DNA of 64,000 bases from a bacterium (GCA_023267635.1 JAHFMX010000005.1:1989-65988); one strand, 5' to 3'. Numbered from the stretch's first letter, positions 49,804-58,331 are shown. Notes: generated from the sequence alone by a model not told the origin. Numbers and translations are program-made.

Positions 49804-50466
49804 TTACTTTTCGTCCTCTGGAGAAAAGATTCCAAGTGCGTCATCAGAGAATTCTTTCGACGCAGCTTTCTTTTGAGGAACTTTGATTCGAGTGTTTGGT
49901 TTATTGTCTCGTTTTGTTTCCTGTTTAGCCTCTCCCTTTTTAGGAGCGCGGTGCGCGCGATATCCAATAAGGAATTTTTCAGGATGGTCACACATATCGA
50001 TAAAGTCTTCACAAGCTTCTTTTAGTTCGCCTGATGAAGATCGTCCGAATGAAATAACTTCCACCTGAATACCATGGTGTTCTTTAAGGAATGTAACGAG
50101 CGGAACGAAGTCCCCATCCCCTGTTGCGAGAATAATAGTGTCTACTTTAGGAGCAAGACGAATTGCATCCACCGCAAGACCAACGTCCCAGTCGGCTTTT
50201 TTCGCACCTCCGTAAAAGATTTTTAAGTCTTTTGTTTTGGTTTCGATTCCAAGCTTGGTGAGTGCTTCAAAGAAATTTGTCTCGTCCCCTGCTTCTGTCG
50301 TGATAACGTATGCGAGTGCGCGGATAAGCTTTCGCTTACCAACGGATTCTGTCATAACGGCACCGAAGTTTACTTTAGTGTTATAAAGATTTTTTGCGCT
50401 GTGGTATAGATTTTGTGTATCTATAAAAACTGCGACGCGCTGGTCGCTGTGTTTGATAACTGCCAT
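49804..50466 (-). CDS. NYN/LabA-DUF88 PIN-like domain protein
   Basis: VFIDTQNLY, KADWDVGLAVD, TGDGDFVPL. Confidence 0.9.
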   Translation of the reverse strand: MAVIKHSDQRVAVFIDTQNLYHSAKNLYNTKVNFGAVMTESVGKRKLIRALAYVITTEAGDETNFFEALTKLGIETKTKDLKIFYGGAKKADWDVGLAVDAIRLAPKVDTIILATGDGDFVPLVTFLKEHHGIQVEVISFGRSSSGELKEACEDFIDMCDHPEKFLIGYRAHRAPKKGEAKQETKRDNKPNTRIKVPQKKAASKEFSDDALGIFSPEDEK

Positions 50467-50622
50467 ATAAATGTAAGTGAGAATGTACGAAACAGAAAAT
50501 ATAAAAATGAAACTGCTCCACTACAAACGTATTGTTTATTAAAATAAGAACCTATAGTTAGTATATATCCTACATACATAAACGCCGCATGGTGTGCGGC
50601 GCTTACTGTTGATTACCCGAAA

Positions 50623-50886
50623 TTACTTCAAACCGAGTTTTGTAACGAGAGCAGTATATCGCTTCTTGTTATTTGCCTCGAGATACTTCAAATGTGTACG
50701 TCGGTCAGCAACCATCTGAATAAGTCCACGACGTGAGTGATTGTCCTTCTTGTGTGTCTTAAGGTGGTTAGTGAGTTCAACGATCTTCTTTGAAAGAAGT
50801 GATACCTGAACATCGGCAGAGCCAGTGTCTGTATCGTGAATCTGGGCGTTTTTAATGGCCGTAGCCTTTTTTCGTGCAGTAAGCAT
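50623..50886 (-). CDS. rpsO: 30S ribosomal protein S15
   Basis: DTGSADVQV, HKKDNHSRRGL. Confidence 0.97.
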   Translation of the reverse strand: MLTARKKATAIKNAQIHDTDTGSADVQVSLLSKKIVELTNHLKTHKKDNHSRRGLIQMVADRRTHLKYLEANNKKRYTALVTKLGLK

Positions 50887-51010
50887 ATTGATTAACTATA
50901 AGATATATTGTATCACATATTTGCTCATAATGCAAGCCCTCCCCCACTGCGTCCATTTATCCCCAATACTATTGTGCGACATTGCTCGGTATCTGCTATA
51001 TACTCATATA

Positions 51011-51970
51011 ATGCAAAGCTTATCGAGCCTTAAAGCCGACTTTCTTCAATATATAGAGATTGAAAAAGGACGCTCCCCACTCACTGTAAGGAATTATGAT
51101 CATTATCTTAGTCGATTCTTGGATTTCATTAAAGTTGAGTCCCCTTCTGATATTACCGAGTCAATGATGCGTGAATATCGTGTGTATTTGAACCGTTTAC
51201 CAGCAAAACCACCCAAAAAAGGGAGTAAAAAGAGTGCTGCCGTGGAAACTCTCGACAAAAAGACTCAAAATTATCACTTAATTTCACTTCGTGCGTTTCT
51301 GAAGTACATGCGTAAGCAAGGATTCCAAGGATACGACCCTGAGAGAATAGAGCTTGCAAAGACCTCTTCTCGAGAGCTTGATCTTATTTCTGAAAAGGAA
51401 TTACAGAATCTTATGGCGGCCCCAGACACATCTACCATCCTTGGTCTTCGTGACCGAGCAATGCTTGAACTCTTTTTTTCAACAGGACTTCGTGTGTCTG
51501 AGTTGTGTTCTTTAGATCGTGACACTGATTTAAAGACAGGAGAAATTTCAATTCGTGGAAAAGGTGGAAAGATACGAGTGGTGTTCGTTTCAGGCGCTGC
51601 GTTGCTTGCTGTAAAGAAATATATTGAAGCGCGCGTTGATATTGATGAAGCAATGTTTATTGATCACTCCCCTCGTGCACATGCTCGTATTGTTCGTGAA
51701 GAGTCCATTCGCCTTACTCCTCGTTCGGTTGAAAGAGTTGTTGAAAAGTATGCAATGATTGCAGGTATTGCAAAAAAGTGTACCCCTCACGTGATTCGCC
51801 ACTCGTTTGCTACCGACCTCCTCTATAATGGGGCTGATCTTCGTACGGTTCAGTTGATGTTGGGGCACGCTTCTATTGCGACAACGCAAATTTATACCAA
51901 CGTAACAAACAAATTCCTTCGTGACCAGTTTGAAAAGTTCCACTCAAAGAGGAAAAATGATTCTCATTGA
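51011..51970 (+). CDS. XerC/XerD-like tyrosine recombinase
   Basis: RDRAMLELFFSTGLRVSEL, GKGGK, HVIRHSFAT, LGHASIATTQIYT. Confidence 0.9.
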   Translation: MQSLSSLKADFLQYIEIEKGRSPLTVRNYDHYLSRFLDFIKVESPSDITESMMREYRVYLNRLPAKPPKKGSKKSAAVETLDKKTQNYHLISLRAFLKYMRKQGFQGYDPERIELAKTSSRELDLISEKELQNLMAAPDTSTILGLRDRAMLELFFSTGLRVSELCSLDRDTDLKTGEISIRGKGGKIRVVFVSGAALLAVKKYIEARVDIDEAMFIDHSPRAHARIVREESIRLTPRSVERVVEKYAMIAGIAKKCTPHVIRHSFATDLLYNGADLRTVQLMLGHASIATTQIYTNVTNKFLRDQFEKFHSKRKNDSH

Positions 51971-52114
51971 TTCAACCTCTCTATTCTGATAGTCTATCTA
52001 TACGCTCTTCGTTAATTATACGCCGGTGCCCGAAGTGGTTTTAATCGCCACAACACATCAGTTTATATACGGCAAAAAAATTTCCGAAGGCGTCCTATTT
52101 TAAAAGGAGGTAGC

Positions 52115-52495
52115 ATGAGTCCGCAAGAAGTATCTCGTCAGTTCAAAATTCTTCGAGATTCAACTTTCCACCTTGATATATTGGTCGCTTGGACGGAAAT
52201 GTTCTCCCACACAGGGAAACATCGCCTCCATTCTGGTCCTCGAAGGATGGCTCTCTGTGTTTTTCACGACGAAAAGACTCCGTCTTTGCGGGTGTATCCA
52301 CAAAGTCAGCGGTTTCATTGCTACGGATGTGGCAGAAACGGAGATGTGCTTGATTTAGTTCTTTTTGTTCACGGCATGGAAGAGCATCGCATTCGTCTTT
52401 TTCCTGAGGCTTCACAAAAAGAAGACCTGTCGTTTGTTAGAGAAAAAATTAGAAGCCTCGTAAGGGTTTCTAATGAAAGGGATTTATTTAAATGA
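52115..52495 (+). CDS. Stand-alone CHC2 (DnaG primase-type) zinc-finger protein
   Basis: CVFHDEKTPS...FHCYGCGRNGDV; no TOPRIM domain follows; AAGGAGG SD. Confidence 0.8.
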   Translation: MSPQEVSRQFKILRDSTFHLDILVAWTEMFSHTGKHRLHSGPRRMALCVFHDEKTPSLRVYPQSQRFHCYGCGRNGDVLDLVLFVHGMEEHRIRLFPEASQKEDLSFVREKIRSLVRVSNERDLFK

Positions 52496-52617
52496 GCTCA
52501 AAAGGAGGCTCATTTTTTTACCCCAAGATACCATTGACATAAAGTATATATGATTATAGTGTATATAGTAGCAATGGCATTCTGCCTAGCACTTTCACAA
52601 ACTAGAAGGAGCTCATC

Positions 52618-52887
52618 ATGAGCGACCCAAAGAAACCACAAACCAACAACCCAAAAAGCCCGGCGCTTCAAGACCCGTTCTTGAATACTCTGCGTCGTGA
52701 ACATGTGCCTGTTTCGATTTACCTCGTGAACGGTATCAAGCTGCAAGGGCAGATCGAGTCGTTTGACCAATACGTGGTGTTGCTCAGGAGTACAGTGACG
52801 CAAATGGTGTACAAGCATGCCATCTCCACCATCGTTCCTGGGCGCGCCGTGAACTTCGCTGCTGCAGAACCCGCACCAGCCTCGTGA
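52618..52887 (+). CDS. hfq: RNA chaperone Hfq
   Basis: [40 protein letters not shown]...[12 protein letters not shown]; TTGACA-17-TAGTGT promoter, AGGAG SD, hairpin terminator 52902-52934. Confidence 0.97.
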   Translation: MSDPKKPQTNNPKSPALQDPFLNTLRREHVPVSIYLVNGIKLQGQIESFDQYVVLLRSTVTQMVYKHAISTIVPGRAVNFAAAEPAPAS

Positions 52888-52949
52888 TTGGTTTTTACCC
52901 GAAGCGCGCATCGAAAGATGCGCGCTTTTTCTTTTGCTATACTCAAGAA

Positions 52950-53717
52950 ATGAAACTTATTTCTTGGAACGTAAACGGTATTCGCGCAGTTCATAAAAAA
53001 GGTGCCTTTGATGAACTCATGAAATTGAAGGCCGATATTATTGGTATTCAAGAAACTAAATCTACCCCCGATCAATTGAGTAGCGCTCTCATCTCCCCTC
53101 CTGGATATTTTTCATATTTTGATTCAGCAAAAGAACGTAAAGGGTACGCTGGTGTTGCTGTATATACAAAAATACAACCCGAGAAAGTAGAATACGGGTT
53201 AGGTATTGAAGAGTACGATACAGAAGGACGATGTCTTACGCTTCATTTTAAAGAGTTCGCGTTTGTAACATGTTATTTCCCAAATGGTGGACGCGACGCA
53301 GACCATTTTCAATATAAGTTGCGATATTACGACATGTTCTTGAAACACGTTAAGCAACTAGAAGAAGAATATGCACACGTTGTTTTTTGTGGAGATTTGA
53401 ACGTGGCGCATGAGGCTATCGATCTTGCTCGACCAAAAGAGAACGCAAATTCAATTGGGTTTCTGCCGATTGAGCGCGCGTGGGTTGATAAAGTTCAGTC
53501 CGAAGGGTTTATCGATACGTTTCGCGCGCTTCATCCTGAAACAGTAAAGTATAGTTGGTGGGATGTGAAAACTGGATCACGAGAGCGTAATGTTGGGTGG
53601 AGAATTGATTATTTCTTTGTTCCAGAATCTTTGTTCCCACATGTTAAGAAATCAGATATTCTCACAGAGTTTATGGGAAGTGATCATGCTCCAGCGGTGC
53701 TTGATGTTGAGCTGTAA
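52950..53717 (+). CDS. xth: Exodeoxyribonuclease III / AP endonuclease
   Basis: ISWNVNGIRA, QETK, GDLNVAH, GWRIDY, SDHAP. Confidence 0.95.
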   Translation: MKLISWNVNGIRAVHKKGAFDELMKLKADIIGIQETKSTPDQLSSALISPPGYFSYFDSAKERKGYAGVAVYTKIQPEKVEYGLGIEEYDTEGRCLTLHFKEFAFVTCYFPNGGRDADHFQYKLRYYDMFLKHVKQLEEEYAHVVFCGDLNVAHEAIDLARPKENANSIGFLPIERAWVDKVQSEGFIDTFRALHPETVKYSWWDVKTGSRERNVGWRIDYFFVPESLFPHVKKSDILTEFMGSDHAPAVLDVEL

Positions 53718-53719
53718 AA

Positions 53720-53810
53720 GTAAAAGAGCGATGTACCTAAAGGTATTGCGATTTCAAAAGGATTGATTACAATCTAATGAAATCGGGAACCTACGGCATC
53801 GCTCTTTTAC
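53720..53810 (+). repeat. Dispersed structured repeat, family 1, copy C, enclosed by a 14-bp stem
   Basis: GTAAAAGAGCGATG...CATCGCTCTTTTAC flanking a core nearly identical to the reverse complement of 11675-11732. Confidence 0.8.
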
Positions 53811-53823
53811 CAATTAACCAGTT

Positions 53824-54504
53824 TTAGTTCTTTTTAAAAAAAGAGAAAAAAGAATCTATCTGTTCTTTAAGTGCTTTACGAAATGTTTTTTGCTCAGGTT
53901 TGTGATCTTCTACGACCACACTAGCAACACTTTCAGTAGCTTTGAAACTTGCTTGCATGGTTGCAGCAGCCGGTGCCATTGCTGGTGCAACTCGTAACCC
54001 TGCTTTTGCTTCTGGTGCAGCGTCTTTTGTCTCAGCTTCTGTCTTGGCTTCCATTTTCATTTCTGCAACATATGCCTCACGTTTGTCTTTACTTATTTCT
54101 CGACACCCCTTTGTGTTTACTTCAAATGCTAGCCACGCCTCTTTGCGAGCTTTTGTGAGACCGTCTTGTGCTTGTGTTACAGATTTTTTATAACCTTCAA
54201 CCGCTACCTCAACAGCATCTTTCTTATCTCCTGAGTCTTCAATAGCAACTGCTTCTTTTTCAGCATTCTTGCGTGCTTCAAGAGCTATAGACATAGCATT
54301 ATTGTATGCGGTGCGAGCAGAACCAATAGCGCTATCTCTGATTTCGATGGAGCTTTGAGAACACGCTGTCAGTATTTGAGCTTCAGTTGGCTGTTGCCCA
54401 ACACCTATTTGAAGGCTTGTAGTTGCGCTTATTTGAGCACTAGCAAGAAAAGGAATGAGTACCGCGCTGAGTGCGAGAGTGGTGATGAATGTATTCTTTT
54501 TCAT
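53824..54504 (-). CDS. Secreted Ala/Lys/Glu-rich helical protein
   Basis: Signal peptide; downstream of ECF sigma and putative anti-sigma. Confidence 0.7.
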   Translation of the reverse strand: MKKNTFITTLALSAVLIPFLASAQISATTSLQIGVGQQPTEAQILTACSQSSIEIRDSAIGSARTAYNNAMSIALEARKNAEKEAVAIEDSGDKKDAVEVAVEGYKKSVTQAQDGLTKARKEAWLAFEVNTKGCREISKDKREAYVAEMKMEAKTEAETKDAAPEAKAGLRVAPAMAPAAATMQASFKATESVASVVVEDHKPEQKTFRKALKEQIDSFFSFFKKN

Positions 54505-54529
54505 AATAATTTAGTATAGTATTGTTGAT

Positions 54530-54871
54530 CTATAAAGTATAGTCAGCAAGGATCATTCGCTCATCTTCTGCGTTAAGGTTCTGTTCGAACATTTCAACCT
54601 GTTGATCTACTGCGTAGAAAGGATTAATTGCCAGCTCTCGTGTTTGAAGAGTTGGGTACACGGCAAGTGCAACAAGAAACACTGATGCGAGTTGCGCCAT
54701 AGCAAGCCATCTATAGGGGGATCGTATCGCGCGCCTGTCTTCTAGCTCTTTTTCTTTTATCTCTGGTATTTGATTTAAAATATATACAAGCGTACCTCTA
54801 GACGGCGACACGGTCTCCTTATACATAGCAAGCGCTTGTTCTTCTATTGTGAGTGGTTTGTTGTTATTCAT
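54530..54871 (-). CDS. Putative single-TM anti-sigma factor
   Basis: Overlaps the 3' end of the ECF sigma gene; one TM helix. Confidence 0.5.
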   Translation of the reverse strand: MNNNKPLTIEEQALAMYKETVSPSRGTLVYILNQIPEIKEKELEDRRAIRSPYRWLAMAQLASVFLVALAVYPTLQTRELAINPFYAVDQQVEMFEQNLNAEDERMILADYTL

Positions 54872-55451
54872 GGAGGTGACGGGTGAGCGCTCGTAGTTTT
54901 GTGAGCGCTCGTTCTTTGATCTTTCGTACGGTTGCTTCTTCTTTACGAAGAACTTCTCCGATTTCTTTATGGCTGAGTTCTCCGTAAAAATGCATACGGA
55001 TTACTTCTTCCTCGTCCCCTGTTAGAGATGGAAGGAAAGAGTCAATTGATTCTGAAAGAAGTTTCACATGTGTTTCTTTTACAATATCAACGTGTTCATC
55101 TGGGGTTGTCTCAAAGAGAGATTCGTCAAATGGAACAGGTTTCTTCTTAACACCTTCATTAATAAGAAGGTGTTTGGCGATAGTAAAAAGATATGCAAGT
55201 GGGCTTTTATCTGGTTCGTACCCAGGCAACGCCTGGAAAAACCTTAAAAAAGCTTGCTGGCAAACATCATTTGCTAACTCCGTATCTCTGCAGCGTGTGA
55301 AAACATATCTGTACAGTGGGGTAAACAGTTGTGTGTACACAACGCCAAAAGCCTCAGTATCGCCCTTTTTTGCTGAAAGTATGAGGCTTCTAAGATCTTC
55401 TGTCTCCTCCACACTATCTATAACCGGTTTGTTTGGATTCTGTGACAGCAT
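54864..55451 (-). CDS. ECF-family RNA polymerase sigma factor
   Basis: AKKGDTEAF..VY region 2, AYLFTIAKH, LSHKEIGEVL...TVR....RAL.KLR region 4. Confidence 0.88.
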   Translation of the reverse strand: MLSQNPNKPVIDSVEETEDLRSLILSAKKGDTEAFGVVYTQLFTPLYRYVFTRCRDTELANDVCQQAFLRFFQALPGYEPDKSPLAYLFTIAKHLLINEGVKKKPVPFDESLFETTPDEHVDIVKETHVKLLSESIDSFLPSLTGDEEEVIRMHFYGELSHKEIGEVLRKEEATVRKIKERALTKLRALTRHLHE

Positions 55452-56562
55452 GTATTCCTGGTAGTGTACCAGATGCTAAAAAATCTAGCATGGCTCCGCC
55501 GCCCAAAGAAACAAAATCAAAGGTTCGAAGAAGGTGTAACGAGTGAGCGACAGACACCGTGTCCCCTCCTCCAATGTATGTTGTTGCGTTCGAAGTACCT
55601 ATTTTCGTGAGCACTTGCTCGGTTCCTGTGAGCCACCCTTTTTCGTAGAGTCCAAGTGGGCCATTTGCGATAATTGTTTTCGCTTCAGCAATAGTTTTTG
55701 AAATCATTTCAACAGTATCTTTCCCGCAGTCTACAACTTTTCCATCATGGGGGATGGAATAGAATGGAACGGTTTCACCGTTCTCAAGCACGACATCTAT
55801 TGGTGTCATGAGAAATGGATGAGCGAGAAATGTTTCAGTGAGTGGTGTTGTCCCATCAAAAAGACTCGTACCAATTTCGACTCCGCGTGCTTTCCAGATA
55901 TCGTGCACCATCGCTCCACCCACGAACACATGTACTCCTTGGTTAAGATATCTTTCAATAAGAGAAAGTTTTGTTTTTATTTTTGCACCACCAATAATAA
56001 GAAGCGCTGGTTTCTGAGGGGTAAGTGCATGAGTTAAATGTTCTAGTTCACGAACAAAAAGCGGACCTAGATATGAAAGAAGATTCTTCGGGATTCCAAC
56101 AACGCTCGCATGTTCTCGGTGTGATACTGAAAAAGCATTATTGATGTACACGTCTCCTAGGGTTGCAAAATTTCGCCCGAGTGACGGAAGGTTGTCTGTC
56201 TCACCTTTCCACATTCGAACATTTTCTAGCAGTATTGCTTCTCCTTCTTTGATGTCGCGTGAAGCTTGTTCGAGTTCATCAAATGAAAGCGATGGAGTGT
56301 AGGTAATAAATGGTACGTGTAATTTAATGTAGGAAAGAATAGGCTCAATGCTTTCACCCTTTTCTCCGAAGTGAGTCATAAGAACCATTTTTACCCCTGC
56401 AAATGAAAGCTTTTTAAGAAATTCAAATGTTACATCTGCTCGACTTGTGTCGCTTACCACACCATCTGTAATGGGCATGTTCCAGTCTAGGCGCACAATA
56501 ACTCGCTTCCCCTTAAGGGAAGAATAATCTTCAATCAAATGTTCTCTCCAGTTTTTTTCCAT
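55414..56562 (-). CDS. pgk: Phosphoglycerate kinase
   Basis: KRVIVRLDWNMP, LLENVR, HREHAS, GGAK, NGPLG, GGGDT, SLGGGA. Confidence 0.92.
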   Translation of the reverse strand: MEKNWREHLIEDYSSLKGKRVIVRLDWNMPITDGVVSDTSRADVTFEFLKKLSFAGVKMVLMTHFGEKGESIEPILSYIKLHVPFITYTPSLSFDELEQASRDIKEGEAILLENVRMWKGETDNLPSLGRNFATLGDVYINNAFSVSHREHASVVGIPKNLLSYLGPLFVRELEHLTHALTPQKPALLIIGGAKIKTKLSLIERYLNQGVHVFVGGAMVHDIWKARGVEIGTSLFDGTTPLTETFLAHPFLMTPIDVVLENGETVPFYSIPHDGKVVDCGKDTVEMISKTIAEAKTIIANGPLGLYEKGWLTGTEQVLTKIGTSNATTYIGGGDTVSVAHSLHLLRTFDFVSLGGGAMLDFLASGTLPGIHAVTESKQTGYR

Positions 56563-56570
56563 TATGATAC

Positions 56571-57359
56571 TTACTTATTTTTATGACACGAAAGAATAAT
56601 TTCTTCAAACGTCTCTACGTCTTGTGAAGCACGTCCGATGAGTAATCCGTCTACTCCGCCTTCTTCAATAAAACTTTTTGCATTTTCCGTTGTAACTGTT
56701 CCGCCGTACAGAATGTGTACTTTCTTTGCGTATTCAATTCCTGCAAGCGCTGCAAGCGCACGTCTCAAAGCAATTACCACCTCAAAACATTCATGTGTGC
56801 TTGCAGGAGTTTTTCCTCCGATTGCCCACACGGGTTCGTATGCAATAACAAGGTGTTCAAAGAGATCTCTCTTCACCAATGACAATGTTTGTTTTACGTC
56901 TTCTTCTAGTTCAGCTAGATATTTTCCTTGGTTGTCACGAGTGTGTTCGCCAACACAGAGTATTGTGGTGAGTTTACTTTGTAATGAAAGCGCAACTTTG
57001 TGAGCTCGAGCATCAGATGTTTCTCCGCGGGCTCGCACTTCACTGTGTCCAATAATTGCGAAGTCTGCGCCACCTGAAATAATCATTGAAGGAATAGTCT
57101 CCCCTGTTTCTTGTCCGAGACTTACTCCAGATATATTTTGTGACCCAATGTATCCGTGCGTAGCAACGTCTTGTAAGTGTGGTATGAAAATATCTGGAGC
57201 AGCAAGGTAGTAGCTCTTTTTTGGGAGAGTCTTTAGGCTTTTTGTTTTTGCGCTCGCTAATTTCTTATCAAGGGTTTTTACAAACTTTACCGCTTCAACA
57301 AGCGTTGCTGGCGTGGTTTTCCAATTACCAACAAGTAAAGGCACTGTGCGTTTAGTCAT
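56571..57359 (-). CDS. tpiA: Triosephosphate isomerase
   Basis: GNWK, GHSE, AYEPVWAIG, LYGG, DGLLIGRAS. Confidence 0.95.
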   Translation of the reverse strand: MTKRTVPLLVGNWKTTPATLVEAVKFVKTLDKKLASAKTKSLKTLPKKSYYLAAPDIFIPHLQDVATHGYIGSQNISGVSLGQETGETIPSMIISGGADFAIIGHSEVRARGETSDARAHKVALSLQSKLTTILCVGEHTRDNQGKYLAELEEDVKQTLSLVKRDLFEHLVIAYEPVWAIGGKTPASTHECFEVVIALRRALAALAGIEYAKKVHILYGGTVTTENAKSFIEEGGVDGLLIGRASQDVETFEEIILSCHKNK

Positions 57360-57400
57360 GTTTGAAAGTATACCATCAAGAAAAGCTATAAATCACTCCA

Positions 57401-57483
57401 TCTACTTTGTCGCTACGGAATCTTCTTCAGTCAACGTAGGCTAACTACGTCTCCTTCGGAAAATTCCTAAGCTTCGCGTACCT
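57401..57483 (+). repeat. Dispersed long-hairpin repeat, family 2, diverged copy C
   Basis: TCTACTTTGTCG...TTCAGTCAA-CGTAG/CTACG-TCTCCTTC...CTTCGCGTACCT parallels 47389-47471. Confidence 0.55.
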
Positions 57484-57536
57484 GAAGCAATTTCTAACTT
57501 TTCTGAAAAAGAAAAAGCCGCCCGTGGGCGGCTTTG

Positions 57537-58112
57537 TTAGAAATGAACAGGTGACCAATTGCCTGTACTGGGATCTTTTCGATTCAGGAAAATGGTTGGT
57601 ATGTGAAGCGAAATCGAAGAAACTTCACCATCAGGACGCTCCTTTGGGGGAAGTTCCATGATTTTCTCGTAAAAACTGGGCTGCTCTTTCGGTGTCACTG
57701 CGGCTGTTGCGTGCATGAGGAGCGTAAAGCGGTCTGGTGGGTACTTCCACCTTTCTGGTGTGATGCTTACCCGTAAATCCTCGACCACCTCTCGCATGAT
57801 CTCGCTTGGTTCGAGCACTATTGCGCAGGCTCGCCTGTCGCGGTCGAGGTACCGACACTCCTTTGTTCGGACAGTGGCTACGGAGACCCCGTTTTCGAAA
57901 AGTTTGCAAAAACGGAGACCTTTTGCAAAACCTTCAGCGAAGTCTTCGCTTGCAAAAAACGGAGGGATCCAACTAATGTGGTCACCCAGCTTTGGCTCGT
58001 CAAATGAGATTTTGTTGTTGCGGAGTTTTTCGCGCATGCACTCAAGCATGTTTCCGAGGTTTGAATCTTCTCGGATAAGGCTTGCTACGCTGTAGAGGCT
58101 TTCAGTCTTCAT
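57537..58112 (-). CDS. 2H phosphoesterase (2'-5' RNA ligase-like) protein
   Basis: Two H-x-S/T motifs (DHISW, MHATA) about 88 aa apart; AAGGGAG SD; terminator 57512-57535. Confidence 0.6.
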   Translation of the reverse strand: MKTESLYSVASLIREDSNLGNMLECMREKLRNNKISFDEPKLGDHISWIPPFFASEDFAEGFAKGLRFCKLFENGVSVATVRTKECRYLDRDRRACAIVLEPSEIMREVVEDLRVSITPERWKYPPDRFTLLMHATAAVTPKEQPSFYEKIMELPPKERPDGEVSSISLHIPTIFLNRKDPSTGNWSPVHF

Positions 58113-58331
58113 GAAGTTCTCCCTTGTTAATGAACTGATGCTATCCTACTCCTTTTGTATACGAAATAAAACTTGCTTTTCCCTGCGTTTGTTGTATACT
58201 AAAAGGGTTACATTTGGATGTGTGATGAATCAGTTTACGAATCAGTTTCTTGTGAACCAGCCCTAAAAGGCTGGTCAAATTTTTATCAAAAATCGAATAT
58301 CGATTTAGTAATAGCTTAGAAATATATACAT

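Noticed and set aside
51011-52934. Integrative element or integron defined by the tyrosine recombinase
   Set aside because: The protein looks like a housekeeping Xer with a native leaderless-type start; I found no att repeats, attC sites or IntI-specific insertion.
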